A stretch of DNA of 63,765 bases, counting the filler, from Klebsormidium nitens (Eukaryota > Plantae > Klebsormidiophyceae): assembly GCA_000708835.1 (NCBI GenBank). It is 6 parts of 6 records of this genome, joined end to end, with 100 filler letters (N's around TTAATTAATTAA, not from the genome) between each part and the next. Parts side by side here need not be neighbours in the genome. Positions count along the whole stretch, not along the records: positions 9,298 to 39,499 come from DF237775.1; 5 more parts are not named here. One strand, given 5' to 3'. The notes under the pieces are model-generated. The model had not been told where the DNA came from. It worked only from the letters and a program-made list of their open reading frames with translations, and did not search any database. The position numbers were made by a program, and so were the translations under genes. Shown piece after piece: positions 9,831 to 22,851 of this stretch; the stretch's first letter is position 1, and the number at the start of each line of letters is the position of its first letter.

Positions 9831-12800
9831 ATGGCGTCGGACGGTGCTTTGGAGGGAGGGCCTGTACGGTTGAAAGAAGCGCCGTCCGGTTTAGCCCTGC
9901 TCCTCCAGGAGCCCTCGACCTCACCTTCGATGCAGGGGCCGGCTCTGCTGAGTAGCGCGTCTGCGTCGTCCGCTCATCTGCTTGAATTGGCGGGTGATTC
10001 TGTATCACAGAGGGTGGTGAATCAGGTGCTGGCTGTGACTGACAGCACCAGGCAGCAGTGGCATCAGTCGAGGATCAACTTTCCTGTCTTGAAGCAAGAG
10101 TTGCAGATCATCTTAGACGAGGAGCGGTTTTCTGAGACACAAGGGGAGGCAAAGGCATGGGCGTTCCCCCTTGACTTGCAGTCCATGGGGCGGTTAGGGG
10201 TTGCCGAGGCAGTCTACATGGACGTCAAGAGCGCAAGCGGGGACTGCAAGTTTGACAGCACACAGCTGCGGTTGGAGAGCCAGAGCAACTTCAGCAGCCT
10301 GAGGACCAATTGTTGCGTGTTCAAGGGCAGCTGGATGTACGAGGCCACCTTGATAACCGCAGGTGAGCTATTGTGGGCATCCTTGAAACTTGGGGCGGAT
10401 CTATGTTGAATGAGAGAAGAAGAATGTGGTCATTGAGCTTGAGCAAATGCTCCAGAATTTGCACTTTGGCTCACAGGGTGACGCAGCTGGTGGGGCTGAG
10501 GACAGATTCTTTACGCCACCTTAATCTGCATACGTAAGCCCCTCATCGTTGAATCACTGACACTCCCCCTCCTCCTCGTTGTCGAAGCTGCTTTGTCTTG
10601 GATCCATCTATCACCCGCCGCCGCTGAAGAGGCACGTCTGAAGGTCCGCATCATTCTCATGTCAACAGCTTGTCATCTGCAGGTATTCAACAGATCGGAT
10701 GGGCCACCCTGCGCTGCCCGTTCACAAACGAGGAAGGCGTGGGAGACGCCCCTGACAGCTTTGCGTACGACGGCAAGCGTGTCAGGAAGTGGAGCGTCAA
10801 TTGTCAGCAGTATGGCCAGCCGTGGGTCCCAGGGGACGTAGTGGGGTGCTGCATAGATCTGGAGAAGGGAGAGGTGTCGTTCTCGAGGAACGGAATCTCT
10901 CTTGGTGTTGCCTACAAAGGTCAGTAATCAGGGCAGATTGGCAGTCAAGCTGTCGTTCACTTGAAGCTTGACGCTGCGCTTCCGGTGCTCCTTCTCTGCT
11001 GTAGGTCAAACATACTCTGCTTCAAACCCCTTTTATTCTTGCTCGGTATTGAAGCGAAGACTAGATTCGAGATTGATATCATGGTTCTTGGCTTTATATC
11101 AACAATTCATTAGAACGATCTTCACTGCAGGCATTAAGAGGTTGGCCCCAGGCGCGGCCTACTTCCCCGCCGTCTCGCTGTCTCACGGGGAGGCATGCGA
11201 GCTCAACTTTGGCGCCAAGCCGTTCGCCTATCCAGTAGCCGATTTCCTGCCCCTACAACCGCCTCCCCGAGTTCGGGCCAAGCGCACCGTTCTCATCCCC
11301 CCCACTCAGAAGCCTTTGGTGGAGTCCCCAGACAGCCACTCCCCTGTGACCACCCCTCAAACTGAGGGCGGCACAAGCGGCCCCATCGCAGTACCCACCC
11401 CAAAGCAGCCGCTGAACGCAGTTTCCCCTCCCCCGCTCTCGTTGCCCTTCTCGTCCGTCCCCGACAGATCTCCGTGGCAGGGCCCCGTAGAGATGGACTC
11501 AGACAGTCCGGAGCCCCTGCCAAACCTCACCCCCGTCTCCTCCCCGAAAGATGAGGGGATCCCCTCCGAGCCAAGCAAGTCGAGCAAGCCATTGACCCTG
11601 CCGGAGATCCTGGCCGCCCCCCGCGCCAAGTACCTTCTGAAGTGCCTCCAGCGGTTGATCGAAATTCAACCCCCCTCGTTGCGCGGCGGGCGCGCCCCCC
11701 TCCGCCCCCATGACACTCTCCTCTTCGCCTCCTTGCTTGTGGAGCAGCTCGCGCCGCTGCTCTTGGCGACCGTTCCCAGCCAACCCCCCCGTGTGAAACC
11801 CACCCGGCTGAAGCAGCCGAAGCAGCAGCCGTCGGTGCCGTTCTTTGTCGTGTGGGACGCGCTCGTGCCGTGGCTGGTCCAGCTCGCAGAGTCCAAGCCT
11901 CAGACGCTCGACAAGGCGCTCGAAGTCCTGCTTCTCTGCTTGGAGCCGCACGAACTGGCGCTCGTCATTCCGGAGATCATGGCGGCGCTCGCGTACGGGT
12001 GTCGGACGGCCGTGGTCGCGTCCGAACGGTTGCCGCACACGGGGGGGTATCCGTACCTGAAGCTGGCGTGCGCGCTGGCGGCGCGGAAAAAAGTGCTCGA
12101 TTGTTGGTGGCGTAGCTGGGGCTTCGAGGAGTCGCTCGAGGGGCTGCTGACCAAGAAAGCCGTCAATAAGAATGACCTCGCGGAGCTGCTGCCGCAGGTG
12201 AGGGATCCCTCTCGTTGGGCAGTTGGAAGGAGGGTTTTGAGGGCGATTCATATCCGACCTCAGCACTATAAAGAAACGCAGAAATGTCAGGTTCGATCCT
12301 ATGTGTTTCCTTACCTCCGCTCCTCAGCCGTTGCTCTCGTCCCTACTCGGAGCAAGCAATACTCATGTTCGCTTTTCGTAACGCCGTACCCAGTGCGGCA
12401 ATAGGCTTCTCATGGCACACAAACGTTGTGTTTGTTGGGATTTGTTTGCTTCATCAACCTAAGATCAGATTAAGCCTACCAACATTACAGTAAACTCGTT
12501 TATTTCGTACAGCTTCAGATTTCTCTGACTGATAGCAGATTAACCAATTCACGGATCCTAGGCCTGACGCAGCCTAGGTCTGACGCAACGAGCTTCGTTC
12601 CAGGTCTGGTGGCCCACTTACCGAGACTTCCCGAGCACCGAGGCCGCCTTCAAGGCCGCAACCAAGTCCCTCATGGTTGCCGTCGATAAGATCGAAGAGT
12701 TGCAGGTGCGGCTGTGCGTTAGCCTCCTCGACTTTACGCCCTCCCCGCCACGTCCCCCTCCAACTTCGGAACCGGCGGGGCCGTCCCGGAAGCAAGAAAG

Positions 12801-15800
12801 CGGCGATGCCCAGGACAATGTGTCTCGGATCCAAAGTGGGCAGGCAGAGCTCAACTTCGGGACTATGTCTACGATGAGTCAGTCTTGGCAGAATCTCGCA
12901 CAGGCAGTCGGCAGCAGTGGGCTTGCGGGTGTGGCACGGGGGGAAGGGGTCGGGGAGCTCGGAAGAGAGACCGGTTCGCAGCGACAGGACGAGGGGACTA
13001 GCGGCCGCGGGGTCGAAGAAACGGACGCGGGCGCGTTGCGGGAAAGGCGGGCTGGGCCCGAGGGGGGGCCGTCAACGAGCGCCGGTGTGGCGGAAGGGAG
13101 CGCGTCGGTTCCGAGGGGCAAGAGAACGCAGGGCGGCGGCAGTTGGCAGTCTGCGGCTCCAACGCGAGAGCCGATGCTGAGGGGGGGCGCTTTCAAGCAT
13201 TTTCTCTTGTGGCTGCTAAAGAAGAACAAGGGGCTGCACCGGAATGTGCCCCCCCCCGGACTGTCGGACAATTCTGTACTCGTGTCAGTGTACTTTGCTT
13301 TGTTGCGGATTTTATTCGAGGGGAGCGACGCTGTGAGGGCGCTAGGGGAAGGGGAGAGTGCGGAGAGGGAGCGAAACGGGCTGCTGAGTCGCGGAGGGGT
13401 GCGGTCGTTTCCTGTAAAACTGTTTTTGCGGTCGGACGGGCATATTGCGGACCTGTCTCGGCTGGGGGGCCTTTACAGCCACTTGTCGAAGGAAGTTCCT
13501 TGGGGGAAGTCAGACGCGCGCGAGATTTCGTGGGTGGAGAAAAACGGAGAGGTCGTTCCTCAGGGAGAGGATGCGCAACCGGTGCCATCCGAAGCCAGCG
13601 GAAGCGCAACGGCGTCGCCGTCAGATGCGATGGAAACCGACGAGCGGGCCGGCCCGCTGGCCAGCAGCGGCTCGCACGCCAGCCCGGCCGGCCCCGCTGA
13701 CGTCAGCGCCACGTCATCGAGCGGGGCCGCCCCCGGAGCGTCGGCGGTGCGCGAGGCGGAGCTCCTGGACGTGCTGATCGTGCTGTACAATATGGGGATC
13801 GCGAGCAACTTCAAGCAGGCCAGCCACTTTCTGCAGAACCAGATGCACAACATCGCGCAGCTGGACGAGACGGACCGCCAGCTGGCGGCGGCGCGCCCGG
13901 ACCAGCAGCGGACGCTGCGCGACGTGCGGGCCGTGTTTGTGGACGACGTGGCGGAGAACGCACGCTGGTCGGCGTGGTGAGGGTTCGCTCTTACTTAGAC
14001 AGGGCAACGGTATTATCATGCTCGTTGCTTTTGACGGGTACGACCTATTTCCATATTGGAGGAGGGTCCGTTACTGAACTTTCCCTACGACATTAGTTTT
14101 GTTATCGTTCAAATTGGTGTCTGGCAATCGAGTCGCAGCTGAGAATGCGAAGGGTCGCGGTGCGGATGGGTCAGATCTTACTATCTTGGTGCACTAGCTC
14201 TCATCACCTCACGGCTTGCGGTTTGCAGTACGATCTACCATCTATAACTCGTCCGTGCTGGTGCTCTTATCGCCCCGCTCTCAACGTTGTGGCATATGCA
14301 AAGGTTTTACAAACAAACGAAACCTGCGCATGCCTCGCCTTTCCAGGTCGCGCGTGACTCTGTCCAGTTCGTGGAAGCAGGAGGCCATGTATGCGGCATG
14401 CGCCTGGGTGGTGCAGATGCTGCTGGCGGCCAGCAAGCGGGGCACCGTCTTCAGCTATGTGCCCGAGGTCTACGTCGAGTCCCTGGTGAGGGGACGCGCC
14501 CAGGCTTGCGCGCAGCACTTTGTGTTGGATTTCAGTCAGGCCTGAACGCCTCGATCAACTTCTATTTTCAGTCATTTCAAAACCTGAGCGGTTCGATGAT
14601 TAGGCTGGGTTGGTTGAACGACCCAAGTTCTTCAATTGTCTGAATCAGGAGTCCAGTTCAGCGGCCAGGTTTTGCAAGGTGTGCAACATGTTCGCCACTC
14701 GTCTCCTCAGCGACGCAACACTCTATAGGACAGTGTACTTTTACGATGCGAACGTGTGGCAACTGTAGAGAGCTCGCAAGAATGTCAGCTTGTTTGCTCC
14801 TTGCATCGATTGACGGGTTTTTAAGCGAAGTTAGACTAGAGGGGACACACTCTGATGGCTGTTTCCATGGCCGATTCCGGCTTGTCATGTGTCCTTGTGT
14901 CATGCTGCTCGTGCGGCTTCTCGAGCGCTCTTCTTTCACTTCAAGTGACAATTTGATTGCAATTTTAATGGTATTTTTCAGCCATGAGACTGCTTGCTTC
15001 TCGTACACGAACGACTTTGTCCATGAAGTCACGTCTGCTTGGCGTACACTCAAAGCTTTCACGTGTTGCAAGCCACCTTCCTCGTTAATCATCACTAAAA
15101 GGTTAGAGGTGTCCTGCCTGTAAATCTGCCTACGACGGTCGACCTTTCCGAAGTAGACCCTTCCAAGCCAAACTCATCCAACTCCCAAGCGATTACAAAC
15201 TCAAATCTGTGTCGCTATTTTTAGATGTCTCCGCTGGATTTTGAAGTACTCCTGTGACGCGCCAAACAACGACGTTCGTCAGCTAGGGCTTCTTAGGCTG
15301 TTACAGGCTCTCCTGACTGACACAAATACAGAGGTTCGCTCTCGCTCCCCAGGTGGACTCGTTCCACGCCATCCGCCGCAGCGACCCGCCCTTCCTTCCC
15401 CCCCTCGGGCTGCTCCAGAACGGGCTCCCCCCTCTAGTTACATTCCTGGTGACGCACTTTACGGACGCCCGCATTGCCAACCCGGACGTCCGAGACGTAT
15501 TGCTGCAGTCCATCAGCGTGCTTCTAAATTACAAGGAGTACGTGGCGGCCTTCGAGCGCAACCGCGCCGCGCGCGAGAGCCTCATCCCGGCCCTGCTGCA
15601 CTCGTTCGACAACCGCTTCTGGATCCCAATCTCCAATATCCTGCTGCGAATGGTCAAGGTGAGGCACGGCGGACATGCTCGAATCAGCAACGGCGCGGCG
15701 AGCTGGTATGATATGGGTGTGGTCACTTCGTGCCGTTTGATTCGTTTCAAGTGTGAGAGCTCTGCTGGTTCCTTTGTTATCATAGAGTGTCGTCGCTTCT

Positions 15801-18398
15801 TCGGCTCCTCTCGAGGGGAGCCGCTCGTGAAATACTGCGGTGCAACTCTGGTTCGTGGCCCGGTTTTCTTTTCTTGATAAAGTCCGCACTGCTCCATGCC
15901 TTGACGAATGAGGTTTAACTCCGCGCATGCCGGTGCCTGTAAGGCGCCCTTACGGGCTGTCCATCTGCACGACTTTGTTCCGCATCAAAGGCTTCCATGC
16001 ATATTCTGCTTCATTCCAATGGCGAGACCCAGAGAGTTGCACCTCCCCGACGCATCCCAAGGACTCGCTCCCACTGCGACTACAGTTCTCTGCTTTTCCG
16101 TCGCTGATCTTGTACTGATTTGCACTGCGCAGGGCTCCGGGTTTGGCGCGTCGCGGCCGTCGCACCAGGGGCTGGAGTCGCAGGTGTTCCAGTGGCTGAT
16201 CAAGGACACGATCGCCGCAGACGACGCGCTGGCCAGCTCCTTCCTCAACCGGCTGTTTAACATGCTCAACTGGACCGTCACCGAGTTCAGCGTCGCCATG
16301 AAGGAGATGCAGGACCTGCTCGCGCGCCGCCAGGTGAGGCCACGTGGCAGCGCACCCACAGCAGCAGAGGGGTTTTAAATTCTATGTTTCGCTACTTTCT
16401 TTTTGACTGGATGAAGGTCGAATGGCCGTTCGCGCTTGTTTTGCTGTGGAAACCCTTGGCAGGCTTGTCAGGTACTAACAGAAGGTTCTCTGAGACGTCC
16501 GCACCAGAACCGGTCAGTAACATCGCGCGGTTGGCAAGGACTACTGGTAGTGCCTTTTCTTCTCAGGGAAATGGATCATTCAGTTTCTGTCTTATCCTTC
16601 AGTCGCGTCTCTCGGTTCCATGCCTCTCTCCTCCTTTTCAGTCCTGCTCTCCTGCTTCTGAGTCCTTCCTCGTTATAGTCCCTCCCTCCTTTGCAATCCC
16701 TCTTCCCCCCCCTGGATCCTTTTGTCTACTCGGTTCTTCTCTCCTCCTTTTCTGTTTTTCTCCTCGTTTTCATTTCGTCTTCCCTCTTTCCGATCGCGCT
16801 GTCCTCCTTCTCAGCCCCCTTCTCCCGCCTGCCCGCAGGTCCCCGAGCTGCAGCAGCGCAAGTGCGCCATCATGTTTGAGCTGAGCTGCAATCTGGAGCG
16901 CATCCTGGAGTTCCTCTCGCAGGAGCTGCCCGGCCTCTTCCTCGCGGGGCCCGAGATGAACCTCAGCCGCCTCTGCGAGCTCATCACCTTCGTGCTCAAC
17001 CACACCACCGCCGGGCCCGACGCGGGCCTCTTTGACCGGTGAGCGTGCTGCGCTTGCCCTGTCAAACAGTGTGTTGGTTGCAGAGTCTCCGTGGCTGGGA
17101 CGCAGCCACGTGCTAGCCTTGAAGATCCAGAAGTCCAGGTCAAACGCGGTGCGCGGGACCCTTGATTGGTGATGGCACCTTGCCTGCTGTCGGTGCCCTG
17201 TCTGCTGTCGAATACCTACCAAAGAGGGGAAACTCAACCAGCTTTTCTTGCTGTTTTGGGAGGCCGGGCCGGTTAGGTTTTGACTGCTTGGAACATGATT
17301 CCAGCGGCATCGGCCTTTTCACGTCGTTCATTTCTGCCCAACACGACCTGGGTGGAATACTTTAAAGAGAAGTTCCGTTCTGAACCGCAGACTTAATAAT
17401 AAAGAATAAATTCTGACCCTTCCCATTCTGCCTCCCTTGTAGGACCCTCCGGCTGCAGATGCAGTCCCTGGAGAAGATCAGCCGCCCCATGATTTTGGCC
17501 CCCCTCATCGGGATCGTCATCAACCTTGCGGCCGCCCCTACGCGCGTGCGGGGGCTGCAGCACGACATTGTGCGCGCGCTCGCGGCCGCCGACGCGACGG
17601 CCGGGTCGAGCGCCAACTTCGATTACTTGCTCGAGTTCAACTGGGGGGACGCGTTCAAGGGGGATCCCTCGCTGCACCGCGTGGCGGAGCTCAAGAGCTT
17701 CGTGCGGCGTTACAAGCAGGTGCGGGAAGCGAGAATCCTTTCTTGCATTGGAAGACGACTCGATAGTGGATGTAGAGAGTTGTGCGGTGTGGAAGACTGC
17801 GTGTTACGTTTGCTTAGGCTGTCTTTCGAAAAGAGCGAGCATAACATCGTGAGGTTTGTATTCTTCTAAGAGGATTCTCGTCGGGCAATCAGCACGGAAG
17901 TTTAGCGGCCGGAAAAGCAGAAGTGTCCGTCGTTTGAATCTCACAAGGCTGTTTCATCGTCTAATGCTCTCTCTGGTCAACTACTAAAGAAGTCATCTCC
18001 TTGAGAAAGTGTGGTGTTTCAAAATCATGGCACCGAAGCGCATGTTTCTCGTGTCGATGTGAATCCTGTCAAAACCAAGGGCGTCCATATCTGGGGATCA
18101 GCTGACACTTCGTTCGACGCAGGAACTTGAGGACCTGCGGCAGCGCAATGCCGACGAGAAGGATCGAAAAGCTGCCGCCAAAGGCAAGGCTGTGGTTGAT
18201 TCTGTTGGGGCCACCGAGGATGGGGATCAGATGGACGAAGACGGGGAGCTTTGTCCCATATGCTATGCGTACGAGGTAGACACAGTGTTTGAGCCGTGCT
18301 TGCACGAATCGTGCAAGCGGTGCATCTCGCGGCATTTGCTCAACAACAAACGATGTTTCTTTTGCAACGCGGAAGTGACCGAGCTAGTAAGCAAATAG
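9831..18398 (+). CDS. RKP: E3 ubiquitin ligase RKP / KPC1 (RNF123) ortholog with SPRY domain and C-terminal C3HC4 RING; about 10 exons (9831-10362, 10683-10919, 11131-12197, 12604-13976, 14347-14485, 15353-15658, 16133-16333, 16839-17038, 17443-17719, 18123-18398)
   Basis: SPRY motifs [25 protein letters not shown]|IQQIGWAT and [15 protein letters not shown]; [16 protein letters not shown]; [46 protein letters not shown] junctions are phase-compatible. Confidence 0.93.
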
Positions 18399-20229
18399 CG
18401 TTTGGTCGATCGTCTAGAGGGTGATAGGTATGTGTGTGTTTTGAGTCTCTGGCGACCGGATCTTGCTTTGTATAAATAAGATGCGCAACAGACTTCCACG
18501 AAGATATAGAATAGTAAACACTCGTTGCAGCTAAGTGGCCCTGCAGGAAGCAGAATCTGTGGTTTGTAAACAGACTGCACGCTGTATATGCTTTTACCAG
18601 TGCTGTTATCACACAACCCGCTGGCCAAGTACGGTCGATCATGAGTGAACCTGCACGTCCTTGATTACCGGGAATCATGCGATGGCTGGCCCTAGGACTA
18701 CAGATATCAATCATTGATGGTTGTCCAGAACCTTAGAAATGCACCGTAGGAAAGGCCAAACATGCATGCTTACTTTTAAGAGCCATGTAATATCGCGAGT
18801 GCTCAATGTTTCAATTATAGGCATTTCGTAAACCGCAATCATTAATTAACTGCAATCAAGGAGCTACAATATATTGCAGTATTGATACGTGCGAGCATAC
18901 CATGGCAGGGCACTCAGATGCTTGCATGGGCGCGCGCAGCGAAGGACTCTGATTCGGTGAATTGCCGCGGCATGGGCCGGGTTTGCAACAGGCTGTTAAG
19001 TTCAAGCTGCCTAGCTGACCTGGGCACGCGTGCGAACATGAAGCCTGACGGCCTGTTAATTGCACATGATGCTCAGATTGACGTGCATGGATTCTCACAT
19101 GCATGTGCATTTTGGACATATGACTTACGTTATAAACATTGGGCCTGCCAGCTGACTTCTCAGAGTATGAACTTGGCTGATCCTTCAACAATTGGATAGA
19201 TCCTGGCTTGAGCTCTTCTCATGCACCTTATGGCGAGCTCCTTGCAGATGATGTGCATCACACATAAGCTAACTCGATCTATAGCTGACAGTGACACCCC
19301 TTGGCACCTAGGGTTTTTCAAGATGAGATAGCATATGCATAATCTCAACTCAAGTTCGGTTTGAGTGTTCATTTCTGGATCGATCGTTTGAAGAAAACGA
19401 ACGGGATACAGACCATATGTAAGGGTAACCACAACACTCAATGCCTCTCAAAAACATAGTTGGCATCGAGCACCTACTGTACAGACAAACCCCCGATTCA
19501 ACTCCCCCCATAGCTACGAGTTTCTATTCTTCCGTGCTTGAGAAAATAACGAAAACATCCACTTTCCCCTCGTCAAATCCCACTCACTTGCGACCAAAGC
19601 ATGGGCAGGTCAAGTCGGGATCAGCTGCTTCCAGGCCTGACTATGTGCAGGATTTGCTGGAGCTGCTTCATGATGACTTGGACCCATTGGATACTCATGT
19701 GCGACTGTATAAGCGCACAGGTATCCGCCCCATCTCTTTGATCCACTTTGAAGATCTTCGGGTCGCGGCACCTGCCAGAACCTCCATCTTACCCAAGATG
19801 TGCAAGACGGAGATCCAAGATAGCAGGTGCCTTACCGACCTCAGGCGCCACCAGGAGCACTAGCACCTGCAGATCCACCATAAGAGGGTTCGAGGATGTC
19901 CTTTGGCACGTTTTGAATTCCCTATGTTGCTCTACTACACCCACTGGTTATCTGGTAGCTTTACGGAGCCTATCTGCAAGGGGTGATCTCTGAACAGATG
20001 CAGAAGTTTATGCGCTTGCATCAATGAAAGCAACAATTACGGGGCTCAGAATTTGGAAACGACACGGGTCGCTTCTTCAGACCATGAGCTCAACGCGTTC
20101 GAAATGCAGTGAGACCTCACGGAATGATCTAAGCTCCGCCAAGATCCAGATGCGAAATGGATAGCCTAATGACGAGGATTATCAGCATTAGCATCACTCA
20201 CAGTGATCAATGCCCCTGACCCGCTCAAG

Positions 20230-20725
20230 ACCGTTTATGGGCTTTGAGCCGCTGCCCCCCGGAGGTGGCGGCGGCCGTCCTCCTCCTCCCCCCCACCCCC
20301 GCCNCCCCACCCCCNCCCCCGCCCGCCCCCGCCCGTCCGACTCGACGCTCGTCCGTCCCTTTCCGTACGACGNNNNNNNNNNNNNNNNNNNNNNNNNNNN
20401 NNNNNNNNNNNNNNNNNNNNNNNNNNNNNNNNNNNNNNNNNNNNNNNNNNNNNNNNNNNNNNNNNNNNNNNNNNNNNNNNNNNNNNNNNNNNNNNNNNNN
20501 NNNNNNNNNNNNNNNNNNNNNNNNNNNNNNNNNNNNNNNNNNNNNNNNNNNNNNNNNNNNNNNNNNNNNNNNNNNNNNNNNNNNNNNNNNNNNNNNNNNN
20601 NNNNNNNNNNNNNNNNNNNNNGTCCGGCCGGCGGGCCGGCCCGCCGTCCTACCCCCCTACCCCCCCCACCCCCGACCCACCCCCAACCCCGACCCCCCGC
20701 CGACCCCCCCGCCCGCCCGACATGC
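20230..20725. repeat. C-rich low-complexity tract spanning an N-gap
   Basis: Runs of C with CCCG/CCCA units lie on both sides of the 20373-20621 gap. Confidence 0.7.
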
Positions 20726-21672
20726 ATTGCCTCCTTTTCCAGAGGCTGGCTTTGAAGTCTCATCCTGCTTGGTCAAGCAACCAGGGGTTGAGCTGCTGAT
20801 CTTCAGGATCCCCTTGCTCGCGAAGGTCTCACTCAGTCTCACAGTCTCAATTACAACAAAGCATGATTAGGAAGATTCCATGAACCCAGGAATTGACAAT
20901 CTGCACCAGGCTGTGTTTTATGCCAGATGACCCATTGCAGATCAGAAACGAACAGTCAAACTACAAGATTGTTAACGTGGTGAACCTGGTTGAGCTGTGT
21001 CTTGAATCAAACTGATCACAGAGTGATGCTGGCACTCACCCCAAACATCGTCGACAAGCTGCAGGAATGGGAAAGCAGAAAGGGTCAGAAGAGCCAGCCA
21101 GACGAAGCAGGAGCCTTAACCTCTTGTTGTCTGACCACTACAAATGGGATACAATATCAGCTTGCATAACTTGCTGAAACCAAGACAGTTCTCCCCAGCT
21201 CTCAAAGCTTTCACCTAAACAATTGTTGCAAAACTTGAGCATTCAAGGCAGTGCAGGCAGATGCGACCTCAAGTGAAGAGCATGTGAATTGCACTTGCCA
21301 GATGGGTTCAAGGCAAGCCAAAGGCATCAAAGACGAAGAGGCAGACTCACAAGAAGGCGATGCCATTCACAATTGCCCAGAAGAAATCCAGGATGGCCCC
21401 CAGCCTCCAGGGGGGGCGGTCCACCACCTGCAAAATCTCAACTTTGATTTAGGGTTGAAATTAGAAACAAACGATGCCGAACAGGTTTCACAACAAATGA
21501 GAAGTTGCACTTTAGAATCACAAGAATTCACAAGAAGCCTTTTGCCTGAGGCCTAAAGGCAAGAAGATATTGAGGGGCACTTACCTGACCATCCTTTATG
21601 TACGCCATAAGGGCGGCCTTGGCCTCATGAGCTGCTCTCAAAGAACAACTTGGTCCCAAGTCCTTGACTAGG

Positions 21673-21990
21673 TACCGTAGAGCGCCCAAAACCGGATCAA
21701 GTACCATAATAGTGGATCACCTCCGCCCTAAACTGGACCTATCTTGATCCAGTCTCGTATTTCCAACTGTCTAAAACTGGATCAGCTCTTTTGTGCGTAA
21801 AACCGAGGTTTTTGACTCCGAAGCATGACCTAAAGTTGGTCAAATCTGGATCCAAGAGCATCGGCAGATAGCCCTTAGAAAATTTGGATATGTGGAGAAA
21901 ACCGCACTTCAAAAAAATAATTTCGTCAAAAAATATTGCAAATAAGCGGTGCACAAAATAAGGTGATCCAGTAATGGGCGCTCTACGGTA
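21673..21990. mobile_element. MITE of about 315 bp, Tc1/mariner-like, with TA target-site duplication
   Basis: The 5' end TA-CCGTAGAGCGCCCA (21673-21688) is the exact reverse complement of the 3' end TGGGCGCTCTACGG-TA (21975-21990). The match extends imperfectly to GGATC. The interior is non-coding. Confidence 0.8.
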
Positions 21991-22851
21991 TTATATGTCA
22001 ATGAGGGCTTCACAAATTACTCAGTCTGCATCACCACGCATGCAGATCTTCTTTATTTCTTCATTTCCTTGGATCTAGACCGGTCATTACATCGGCGTAT
22101 GCTTCTCTGCAAGGAGCTTTTGAACACCGTTTTAACTCGCTCATTTGGTTACCTTTTCCAACAGCAAACAGACGGACCATCTAAATTGAGTAGGTACCTT
22201 GAGAAAGTAAAATCCACACGATCAGGGCAAAAGGAGGCCAAAATACGGCCTGATTTCCCGCTCCTAATATTCTACAAGAGCAAGACGCTATAGCCTTAGG
22301 ATCGAAAAACTTCCTCCAATCATGCAGTGCCTTTGCTCCCCTTCTGTTTGGAATCCGTTCAGGGTAATTCAGGGTGATCAAGAGAGCAAGCCATTCTCCA
22401 GCATTGGCGACAAACCTACCCAGTGCCTCTCCCCTCCTCCCTTCTGTGCGTTACAGGAGGCTTTAGCCTATGAGGGCGGTGAGGCTGCTGCGATCTTGTT
22501 TTATGCATAGGAAACAAGCTCAGAGTCGTTCTTAGGCACGGTGGAGTGGCCTGGGCAGTCTGGGCCTTGTGGTCCGCCCTGTGCTGGGCGAATGTCCTGG
22601 GCAATGTAAAGCAGGTTACTGTTCAGGAGCTGGAAGGGCCATCTGTGATAGAGTTTCAGGGGCTTGCCGTTTTAGTAGATGGGTCCCGCAAAGACACAGA
22701 GACGCAGCCAGTCTAGCATGTTCTGAGCTGCAGAACGTGCAATTGGACTCAAGAGGTGCACAAACGCAAATTTTGACAGGGGAGCGGATTTCTGCTTTGC
22801 GAAGTTGTTGTGATAGTGGCGACAAACTCTGGGATCACATACACAAGCAAA

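Noticed and set aside
14658-15123. Overlapping 125-145 aa ORFs on both strands in RKP intron 5
   Set aside because: No recognisable domain, and neither strand looks protein-like.
19441-19993. ORFs of 140 and 81 aa with splice-like sites
   Set aside because: No coherent gene model or homology could be built.
20194-20870. Pro/Gly-rich ORFs of about 180-208 aa
   Set aside because: They are produced by C-rich low complexity plus translation through Ns.
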